DNA of 63,557 nucleotides from the IMG/VR virus record IMGVR_UViG_3300045988_164395. One strand, 5' to 3'. The notes under the pieces are model-generated. The model did not search any database and had not been told where the DNA came from. It saw nothing but the letters and a program-made list of their open reading frames with translations. Below, piece by piece: positions 56,585 through 63,121 of the stretch (position 1 is the first letter of the stretch; the number at the start of each line of letters is the position of its first letter). Both the position numbers and the translations under genes were made by a program. Source of the stretch: a virus.

Positions 56585-56692
56585 ATTTTCAATATTAATA
56601 GTTTGACTTTTAGTTCATTACATCAGTAAAGTTAAATCAGATTGTCAAGTTTTGCAATCCGAAACTTCGCCATTTTTACGCCTTAACATTTA
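56585..56692 (-). promoter_or_regulatory. Repeated promoter cassette P5
   Basis: On the minus strand, GGCGTAAAAATGGCGAAGTTTCGGATTGCAAAACTTGACAATCTGATTTAACTTTACTGATGTAA...AAAAGTCAAAC. Confidence 0.6.
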
Positions 56693-56706
56693 CCACAATT
56701 AAAAGA

Positions 56707-56822
56707 AAGGGGACATATCATGGAAAGTATAAAGTGCCTAATTTTAAACTTCAATATTTGATGTTGGATATGCCCCCTCGAATTATTACTTTTGCTTTTG
56801 CTTAATTTTAAATTTTAATCGT
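56707..56822 (+). repeat. 115-bp repeated intergenic element, copy B
   Basis: It aligns with 36442-36562 and ends at the ATG of the plus-strand ORF at 56823. Confidence 0.75.
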
Positions 56823-57146
56823 ATGAGAGATAAAACATTTTATAAGGAAAAAGCCGAAGCAATTAAAAACGAAGTGTTGGAAATTCAGAATAAAGGTGAA
56901 GTATTTGACTGTAACGATCCATTTAATCAATATCCGGGGATTCATGAAGCCATCCGTGAATTTATTCATTTAGTATATTCTTTTGATAAGAATCTGCCAT
57001 TTAATAAAGAGATTCAGTCGTTAGTAGATTTAAGCTTCATTAATAGTACCGAATACATTGGCATAGATTTTACTTCAAAGAAGTTTGAAACCATTATATC
57101 TAAGATTGACTTCTTCATTCACTATCTTGACACTTATGTTGACTAA
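56823..57146 (+). CDS. Hypothetical protein (plus-strand moron)
   Basis: 107 aa, AT-rich, preceded by repeat element B. Confidence 0.5.
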   Translation: MRDKTFYKEKAEAIKNEVLEIQNKGEVFDCNDPFNQYPGIHEAIREFIHLVYSFDKNLPFNKEIQSLVDLSFINSTEYIGIDFTSKKFETIISKIDFFIHYLDTYVD

Positions 57147-57339
57147 AGGCTTCCTTTACCAGTTCAGCACGTTTTTTACCATATTGTAATTCGATACAGT
57201 CAATTAATGATTGTTCTATTTTTTCGGGAAGTATCCTTAATGCTTCCCGATTAGACATCTTCATCCCTTTAATTGATAGAGAAAACTCCGTATCGAGAAA
57301 ATTTTCGCATGTAAGCGAAATATTAATTTCCATTTCCAT
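57115..57339 (-). CDS. Hypothetical small protein (start moved to MEMEINISL)
   Basis: The longer ORF runs into the tRNA-like gene. It is convergent with 56823..57146 and overlaps it by 32 nt. Confidence 0.35.
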   Translation of the reverse strand: MEMEINISLTCENFLDTEFSLSIKGMKMSNREALRILPEKIEQSLIDCIELQYGKKRAELVKEAFSQHKCQDSE

Positions 57340-57363
57340 AATTATTGAGTTTACAATAAATTG

Positions 57364-57471
57364 TGGTATCGGCAGGATTCGAACCTGCATGAGCTTTCTG
57401 CTTTGAGTAACCCTTCCGGCTGGGTAAAGCTCAAGTACTCGTCGTGCGTCTACCAGTTCCACCACGATACC
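57364..57471 (-). tRNA. tRNA-like gene 1: type II (Leu/Ser-like) scaffold with an interrupted anticodon arm
   Basis: It has a perfect acceptor GGTATCG/CGATACC, a D-arm GTGGAACTGGTAGAC, and a T-arm GCAGG-TTCGAAT-CCTGC. The GAGTA/TACTC stem encloses 26 nt instead of 7. No CCA is encoded. Confidence 0.55.
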
Positions 57472-57483
57472 AATTTGAAAGCA

Positions 57484-57511
57484 ACCTGACGGCTTTCACA
57501 AGAGGTCAGGT
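57484..57511 (-). ncRNA. Hairpin H1, 5' of tRNA-like 1 (loop carries CTTGTGAAAG)
   Basis: On the plus strand, stem ACCTGAC/GTCAGGT with the 14-nt loop GGCTTTCACAAGAG. Confidence 0.4.
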
Positions 57512-57542
57512 ACATTACACACTTTTCACACAAGAAACACAG

Positions 57543-57612
57543 CGGATGCTACGGGACTCGAACCCGTGACCTTCCTGCAATGCAGGATGTTCTTCCCCTG
57601 AACTAAACACCC
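57543..57612 (-). tRNA. tRNA-like gene 2: canonical acceptor, D and T arms but a 5-nt anticodon loop
   Basis: GGGTGTT/AGCATCC (two G-U pairs), GTTC-AGGGGAA-GAAC, ACGGG-TTCGAGT-CCCGT. The anticodon arm is TCCTG-CATTG-CAGGA. Total length is 70 nt. Confidence 0.5.
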
Positions 57613-57621
57613 AGTAAAAAA

Positions 57622-57651
57622 GTGCAGACGACTTTCACAAGTGGTCTGCAC
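57622..57651 (-). ncRNA. Hairpin H2, 5' of tRNA-like 2 (loop carries CTTGTGAAAG)
   Basis: On the plus strand, stem GTGCAGAC/GTCTGCAC with the 14-nt loop GACTTTCACAAGTG. The stem differs from H1 and the loop is conserved. Confidence 0.4.
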
Positions 57652-57705
57652 TAATCACTAATCAATTTAAAGAACTAACTAAGTAAACCTAACCTTCACA
57701 GGTTA

Positions 57706-57764
57706 ATAGCTTCCATTCCGGTAAGCTCACCCGGACATGTCCTCGCTCGGACACGGAAGGCTAT
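57706..57764 (-). ncRNA. Three-way-junction RNA candidate (T-arm-less tRNA-like fold)
   Basis: On the minus strand, the closing stem ATAGC(C)TTCC...GGAAGCTAT encloses GTCC-GAGCGA-GGAC (a type II D-arm-like hairpin) and TCCGG-N9-CCGGA. Confidence 0.3.
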
Positions 57765-57809
57765 CTTCATGGAATCCAATTTAAAAGTATGAACACACAA
57801 AAAAGTATA

Positions 57810-58079
57810 TCACTTTTTCTTTCTCTTCCTCCTATGGTTAGCACAATGCCTCAATACATCACCACCGTTGCAGAACCATTTACCGTTCTGCCGTGCAGTA
57901 GGTTTATCGGCACGAATATCTCCACGATCAACAAGTGTTTCAAGTTTCCTTTCACTACCTACAATACGGGCTGCCTGAGTCTTGCTTAGCGGAATTTCTT
58001 CCATCGCCAGTAATATATTCTCGAGCAACACATCTGAACTGACCACTATCATAAGTCTGCCATTAAGAGTATACACCAT
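57810..58079 (-). CDS. Small DNA-binding (HTH) protein, possibly excisionase-like
   Basis: LSKTQAARIVGSERKLETLVDRGDI followed by a basic tail RRKRKKK. Confidence 0.4.
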   Translation of the reverse strand: MVYTLNGRLMIVVSSDVLLENILLAMEEIPLSKTQAARIVGSERKLETLVDRGDIRADKPTARQNGKWFCNGGDVLRHCANHRRKRKKK

Positions 58080-58080
58080 A

Positions 58081-58287
58081 TTAACTAACTCGAGTTACAA
58101 CTATAACGCCAGACTGCATATCGGTCTTGATGCTCCATCGAAAGCCCTTAACCCTTTCTTCTGCGAGTCTGTTATACATCGTATTCTCCACAGACCGTTT
58201 CTGAGACAGAGGAAATCTTTCCTGTCCGGAAACAGGCATATTCCTGAGCGTTTCAACTATCGGTTTTTTTTCCATATTTCCTTCCAT
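58081..58287 (-). CDS. Hypothetical small protein
   Basis: 68-aa ORF. Confidence 0.4.
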   Translation of the reverse strand: MEGNMEKKPIVETLRNMPVSGQERFPLSQKRSVENTMYNRLAEERVKGFRWSIKTDMQSGVIVVTRVS

Positions 58288-58439
58288 GTTATGACGTTAG
58301 AACAAACACACAATACAAGGGCGGCAAAGCAGGCTATAGCCCAAGCCCAATTCACAGAACTGCAAGTAAAGGCTCCCCAAAAGAGTCCTGAAACTCCAAG
58401 AGTTACCATGCAGGAGATTATAAATGACATGATATTCAT
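58257..58439 (-). CDS. Small two-TM membrane protein
   Basis: 60 aa with two hydrophobic helices. Confidence 0.4.
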   Translation of the reverse strand: MNIMSFIISCMVTLGVSGLFWGAFTCSSVNWAWAIACFAALVLCVCSNVITWKEIWKKNR

Positions 58440-58543
58440 AATTGTATGATTTTAAGATGCTCCCTCCGGCAGATTCCATCCGCTGCTGCACGCTTTTCGG
58501 AGGGATTTCTTAATTTTGTATTGCAAACTAAAAATTAAGAATC

Positions 58544-58723
58544 ATGAAAAATTTTATTGTCGTATCAGACACCAAAGGAAAATCTTGGTGCATCAACACT
58601 GATGCAATTATCTGCATTGAAGATTTAAGAGGTCAAACAGCTTTTCATCTTAAAGAAGAAAAAGAGCCAATCATCACTAACCTGAAGTTCGAGTCTGTAT
58701 TGGCGATGCTCGATGCTCGTTAA
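58544..58723 (+). CDS. Small ORF (59 aa) missing from the ORF track
   Basis: It runs from ATG at 58544 to TAA at 58721-58723 and encodes MKNFIVVSDTKGKSWCINTDAIICIEDLRGQTAFHLKEEKEPIITNLKFESVLAMLDAR. Confidence 0.35.
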   Translation: MKNFIVVSDTKGKSWCINTDAIICIEDLRGQTAFHLKEEKEPIITNLKFESVLAMLDAR

Positions 58724-58877
58724 ATGTCTGTACCTTACTATAAATTGGGATAGATAGAAATCTTATCTTAAGGATTGTTCTATCTATACCAATACAATCA
58801 GTCAAAACCTTGTTTCCACATTTGATATCACCAACCATTTTGTCAACGATATACTCCTTTTCGATAATTGCTTTCAT
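58677..58877 (-). CDS. Hypothetical small protein (start moved to MKAIIEKEY)
   Basis: The longer ORF runs into tRNA-like 3. It is convergent with 58544..58723 and overlaps it by 47 nt. Confidence 0.35.
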   Translation of the reverse strand: MKAIIEKEYIVDKMVGDIKCGNKVLTDCIGIDRTILKIRFLSIPIYSKVQTFNEHRASPIQTRTSG

Positions 58878-58895
58878 CGTAGTAAAATTTAACTG

Positions 58896-58988
58896 TGCCG
58901 GAACGTGGATTCGAACCACGACTTGTACATCGTATTGCCCTTAGATATGTTTGTATCATGCACCGTTCTACCATTGAACTATTCCGGC
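58896..58988 (-). tRNA. tRNA-like gene 3: class I scaffold with 29 nt between the anticodon-stem halves
   Basis: It has a perfect acceptor GCCGGAA/TTCCGGC, a D-arm GTTC-AATGGTA-GAAC and a T-arm CGTGG-TTCGAAT-CCACG. The GTGCA/TGTAC stem encloses TGATACAAACATATCTAAGGGCAATACGA. Confidence 0.55.
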
Positions 58989-59168
58989 TATCCTATCATA
59001 AAATCCACATAGTGGACCGAATTGTCTATAATTCTATGTACTCAACTGGCTGCCTATTATCCATAGTAACTGGATGATTTCTCACCCGCCAGAAGCCTAA
59101 GTATGTCAAGGAACTCTTCTCTGTGTTCCCGGATAGGCGGTCAAGCCACACCGGGATAAATTGCCAAA

Positions 59169-59417
59169 TTAACCGAAGACATACTTTTGCAGATCTTCCT
59201 TGGAGGGGAACAATATTTCTTCATTAAAGAGGTTATACCCATATGAATCCTCCTTAACGTCATCATTAGCATCAATGAGGCAATACATATTACGCTGTTT
59301 ATTTTCTCCCTTGATGAAGATTGTAATATCCTTAATCTTCCTTTCAACGGCTTTGCCATCAGAAATCATCCAGACCTTCTGGTTGATATCGAATTTTGGT
59401 GAAACAACTTGAATCAT
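59169..59417 (-). CDS. Hypothetical small protein
   Basis: 82 aa, preceded by the conserved leader AAATAAAAGTCAAAAA. Confidence 0.5.
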   Translation of the reverse strand: MIQVVSPKFDINQKVWMISDGKAVERKIKDITIFIKGENKQRNMYCLIDANDDVKEDSYGYNLFNEEILFPSKEDLQKYVFG

Positions 59418-59505
59418 ATTTTTTTGACTTTTATTTAGTGATTAATTATCCAAACTTGTATCTCAGGTAATCATCCTCACTGGAGAATCCGGCATCAACT
59501 GTCTG

Positions 59506-59703
59506 CTATTCATTTTCTCCTTCATCCATAAGATGTTTCTCTGCATCTTGTTTTTCCTGCATCAGGAAAGCAATAAAATCCTCTTTGGAGTCATCCGTAT
59601 TGAAGTATTCCTGCATTTCCTTTTCTGTCATATTTTCCGCCATTTCTATGTCGGATGTAATGCTAATAATCTCATTTTCATAGTATCTTTCTTTCGCGTT
59701 CAT
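59506..59703 (-). CDS. Small acidic protein, first gene of the leftward early operon
   Basis: 65 aa, divergent from the repressor gene across the operator region. Confidence 0.45.
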   Translation of the reverse strand: MNAKERYYENEIISITSDIEMAENMTEKEMQEYFNTDDSKEDFIAFLMQEKQDAEKHLMDEGENE

Positions 59704-59759
59704 ATTTGATTAGTGATATTTTTTATATACATTTGTTTGTTGATTGATTGATGATGCAA

Positions 59760-59783
59760 ATATATCGCCATTTGACGATATAT
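59760..59783. promoter_or_regulatory. Operator-like palindrome O1 (ATATATCG-N8-CGATATAT)
   Basis: It has perfect 8-bp arms with the spacer CCATTTGA. It lies in the divergent region between 59703 and 59843. Confidence 0.55.
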
Positions 59784-59802
59784 ACAAGCGGATTAGAATA
59801 TT

Positions 59803-59823
59803 TATATCGTCGTTTGACGATTT
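59803..59823. promoter_or_regulatory. Operator-like site O2 (TATATCG-N8-CGAT)
   Basis: It has the same half-sites and a similar spacer (TCGTTTGA), about 20 nt upstream of the repressor ATG. Confidence 0.5.
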
Positions 59824-59842
59824 TTAACTAAGTAAACGAAAT

Positions 59843-60211
59843 ATGTTAATAGAAAGAATTAAAAAGATAATTGATGAGAAACAATTATCTGCAAGGGCTT
59901 TTTCACAGGCAATTGGGTTCAATTATACAACCCTGAACAACTATCTAACTGGAAGAAGATCAACAATTGACTCTGAACTCATAACGAAAGTATTAATTTC
60001 ATATGACGATATTTCTGCTGAATGGCTGATGCGAGGCAAAGGAGAAATGCTACTGACATCTGAACAGCCAACTGACAAAGAAAGCGACAGAATGGGCAAG
60101 CTCATTGACACCATTACATTTCAGCAGGACACAATCAAGAACCTACAAGCAAGAATTAAGGAACTTGAAGCAGAACTTATAATAGCTAATAATCAATGTA
60201 AGATTGGGTAA
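59843..60211 (+). CDS. CI-like repressor (HTH plus C-terminal coiled coil)
   Basis: The N-terminal IKKIIDEKQLSARAFSQAIGFNYTTLNNYLTGRRS...ISAEWLMRGKGEM is typical of phage CI-repressor N-terminal domains in Bacteroidetes. Confidence 0.75.
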   Translation: MLIERIKKIIDEKQLSARAFSQAIGFNYTTLNNYLTGRRSTIDSELITKVLISYDDISAEWLMRGKGEMLLTSEQPTDKESDRMGKLIDTITFQQDTIKNLQARIKELEAELIIANNQCKIG

Positions 60212-60267
60212 TAGGCAAAATTATTGTTTGAGTAACTCACCCAAAAATTTAAAATAGCCATTCAAAT

Positions 60268-60798
60268 ATGCCAGAATTAGAAATTAAAGAAATAGAAAAT
60301 GGACTACCAGGCATAACACCAATAGCGGCAAAAGAATTAAGTGAAGCATGTATGGTTTGTCTGCACAGGTCCAACCATCCAGAAAATGTAACAATGACAT
60401 TAACTGGAGATGTAAATAAAAACTACAACATAATTTGGGAAGATTCATTCAATGATCAAGTTGACAGAACATATCAAGATCAGGAATACACAACTGAGCA
60501 TGGAGCTGTATGCATATCTGCTCTGCTTGCAATAAAAGAAACTGATTACACTATAATTGAACGTTCCAGAAAAGGAACAGGAGTTGATTATTGGTTAGGT
60601 TATGAAGATACAATACCATTTATGAGATCTGCAAGGCTAGAAGTTTCTGGCATTTTCCAAGGAGGGGAAAAGCCACTTGAAGCAAGATTCAAAAAGAAAG
60701 TTAAACAAACGAACCAATCAGACTCAACAAGAATACCTGCATATATATCAATTATTGAATTTAGTACCCCGATTGCTAAATTTGCAAAAAAGAAATAA
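60268..60798 (+). CDS. Hypothetical protein, weak restriction-endonuclease-fold (DUF4365-like) resemblance
   Basis: TEHGAVCISALL...GTGVDYWL...ARLEVSG has E...D...E-x-S spacing reminiscent of PD-(D/E)xK. It lacks the Lys. Confidence 0.5.
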   Translation: MPELEIKEIENGLPGITPIAAKELSEACMVCLHRSNHPENVTMTLTGDVNKNYNIIWEDSFNDQVDRTYQDQEYTTEHGAVCISALLAIKETDYTIIERSRKGTGVDYWLGYEDTIPFMRSARLEVSGIFQGGEKPLEARFKKKVKQTNQSDSTRIPAYISIIEFSTPIAKFAKKK

Positions 60799-60800
60799 CT

Positions 60801-61919
60801 ATGGATATAAGAAAGCTACATAATGAAGCTATGGATTTAGCTGACAGAGCGGATCTTTGCAAATTAAGAAAAAATCAAGAAGAAGCATTAAGATTATATG
60901 CAGAGGCTTACAAAATAGAAAAAGAGGTTGCAATCTATGCACGAGAAAATCATATAGGTGAACCTTCTGAATCTGTTTTAATAAGGAGCGCTGCAAGTCT
61001 AGCATTAAGTGCTAAATTATATAGAGAATCAGAAAAAATGATTGCATACGCCCTTTGGGGAGAACCACCATTCGATATAGCTGAAGAATTAAGAGATTTG
61101 CTTGAAATGGTCAATTTTGAAAGGCATATGCAAGTTAAAGGAGTTGAACTTCAAGAAGGGGAAATACAGCTAGTGATTGCCGGGAAAGGGGTAAATAAAG
61201 GATTAGCAAGAAGCGAAGATGTTCTTGGTAGAATAGATAATTTTGTCAAATTAACAGAGAGAACAATAGAAAGAAAAAGTGGAAAGCCATTCAGAAAACA
61301 AGGTAAAATTTCCAAAGAACTAAAGCCATATTGCAATTCATACTTGTCAGCATTAAGACCTGCAAGTTTAGCCTTTACATTAAAGTTTTCGAAAGAACTA
61401 GATACTCCTCTACAGGGATTCAACAGTTTAGAGGAGGTTATAGAAGATATTACCACTAATATCAAATTTATTAATGATGACAATTTAGAAGCATTGAAAG
61501 CCAATATTGCAGATGAATCATACAGAAGTAATTTTATAGGGCTCACAAGAGAACTTGCTCCTGACGGAGAGGGAGTTTCTCTATTTGGTATTACTACAAT
61601 GAATAATGGAATCCAAAAGATGACAGAACTCCAAAAGAGTAGAAAAAGTATGATTGAAGCAATAAAAAGAGAATTTGAATCAGAAATGGCTACCCACAAC
61701 AAAAGAGAGGTCACATTTATAGAAGTTCAAGGAATGCTCACTGCAGCTAATGCAATAGGTCAGAAAGTCAAAATACATACCACAGATGGATCATCAGTTA
61801 CAGTATCTGTACCAGATGGATTATCTGACATAGTAAAAAACTACTGGGAATCAGATGTTGTAATCAGATACAGAGTTGAAGGAAATAAAAAAATACTTGA
61901 AACGATAGACAGTATTTAA
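60801..61919 (+). CDS. Hypothetical 372-aa protein, translationally coupled to 60268..60798
   Basis: The start is 2 nt after the upstream stop. The N-terminus is helical-repeat-like. No catalytic motif recognised. Confidence 0.55.
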   Translation: MDIRKLHNEAMDLADRADLCKLRKNQEEALRLYAEAYKIEKEVAIYARENHIGEPSESVLIRSAASLALSAKLYRESEKMIAYALWGEPPFDIAEELRDLLEMVNFERHMQVKGVELQEGEIQLVIAGKGVNKGLARSEDVLGRIDNFVKLTERTIERKSGKPFRKQGKISKELKPYCNSYLSALRPASLAFTLKFSKELDTPLQGFNSLEEVIEDITTNIKFINDDNLEALKANIADESYRSNFIGLTRELAPDGEGVSLFGITTMNNGIQKMTELQKSRKSMIEAIKREFESEMATHNKREVTFIEVQGMLTAANAIGQKVKIHTTDGSSVTVSVPDGLSDIVKNYWESDVVIRYRVEGNKKILETIDSI

Positions 61920-61981
61920 AAGCAATACATCATTCTATCCTATCATCAAAAACTTAAAAGTAAAAATAAATTCAATGCCTT

Positions 61982-62413
61982 ATGAGAAAATTACTATTGA
62001 TTCTTACCATATCACTTATCACAATTTGTGCATCAGCAACAAACTACGTCTATTGTGAACTGGTTGGAACCGGTAAGCTATTTAGCAATAAAGTAAATGT
62101 ACAGGTAGATTACGGTCAGGAAACAAGCTTCTGGAAAGGAATAGACTACATTAAAGATGAGAATGGAAATAAAAGACAATTCAATTCAATGGTGGACGCT
62201 ATGAATTTCTTCGGTAAACAAGGGTGGGAATTCGTCCAGGCGTACGTCGTCACAACTCAGAGCCAAAATGTATATCACTGGCTTATGAAAAAGGCGGTCA
62301 CTGAAGAAGAGTTGAATAAAGCCGTTAAACCAGAACAGTCTGCGAATACAACAACCCCTAACAATGCTAATAATAAAGACGTCCCTGAGGCTTTAAGAAA
62401 ATACATGCACTAA
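61982..62413 (+). CDS. Secreted protein or lipoprotein candidate
   Basis: N-terminal signal MRKLLLILTISLITICASA. Confidence 0.5.
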   Translation: MRKLLLILTISLITICASATNYVYCELVGTGKLFSNKVNVQVDYGQETSFWKGIDYIKDENGNKRQFNSMVDAMNFFGKQGWEFVQAYVVTTQSQNVYHWLMKKAVTEEELNKAVKPEQSANTTTPNNANNKDVPEALRKYMH

Positions 62414-62449
62414 CTTAATTCATTAATCACACCGCCATAGAAAAATGAA

Positions 62450-62647
62450 TTATTCATTCTTCTTTTTCCATGGCGGTGGTTCGGGTATATAATCTACTTT
62501 GACACCAAGATTGGAAAGCATGTTACTTAATTGCCAGCTTAATTCCTCATCACTGGCCTTCTTGTCATTGATGAGGTATCTAAACTGATAAACTATGCTA
62601 TTGATAGCGGTTTTTGATAATACTTTTTTCTTGAACATATAATACAC
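62450..62647 (-). CDS. Hypothetical small protein
   Basis: 65-aa ORF. Confidence 0.35.
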   Translation of the reverse strand: MYYMFKKKVLSKTAINSIVYQFRYLINDKKASDEELSWQLSNMLSNLGVKVDYIPEPPPWKKKNE

Positions 62648-62653
62648 TTCGAT

Positions 62654-63121
62654 ATGATAAGACTAAGAGGAAAACCTGAAGAAGATAATAGTAGGTATCC
62701 CGATTTTATAACATCCGATGAGCGTGACAAGGTTATCAATGCGCTACTAAAGGGTACTGTAAATAGCGAAAGCGTAATCTTAGAATACGAAGATATTCCG
62801 AATCTAAAAATCAGTCCTCACCAATTCAGAACTGTTATTCAAGGACTGAAAGATGGTGGATATATAAAGGGGAATGGATATTCACATGAATATTTTCCTC
62901 AAGACAAACTTCATAAACTAAGAGAAAGAGGTGGCTTTCATGGAGAACTTATCCAGTTTCAATCGCAGTTGGAGCAATTATACCTGAGCCTGAAAGATGA
63001 CGACAGAAACAATATGGATAAGTTCTTCAAATCCATAAACACCAAATTGGAAACAGTAACCAAGACACACGAAGTTTTCGAGCTATTCAAAAAGGCCGCG
63101 GCAGTCTTCATTGGAGACTAA
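62654..63121 (+). CDS. Hypothetical protein
   Basis: 155-aa ORF. Confidence 0.45.
   Translation: MIRLRGKPEEDNSRYPDFITSDERDKVINALLKGTVNSESVILEYEDIPNLKISPHQFRTVIQGLKDGGYIKGNGYSHEYFPQDKLHKLRERGGFHGELIQFQSQLEQLYLSLKDDDRNNMDKFFKSINTKLETVTKTHEVFELFKKAAAVFIGD

Noticed and set aside
57340-57465. The N-terminal extension of ORF 57115..57465. The same issue applies to 58878..58919 of ORF 58677..58919.
   Set aside because: These extensions run straight through the T-arm and acceptor sequences of the tRNA-like genes. Internal ATG starts give ORFs that stop short of the RNA genes.
58942-58944. The T-CTA-A string inside the tRNA-like 3 insert read as an amber-suppressor anticodon, implying TAG recoding.
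   Set aside because: No 5-bp stem flanks it to form a 7-nt loop. All large genes (for example the 1263-aa TMP, 886-aa tail protein and 668-aa terminase) are uninterrupted under the standard code, so there is no evidence of stop-codon reassignment.
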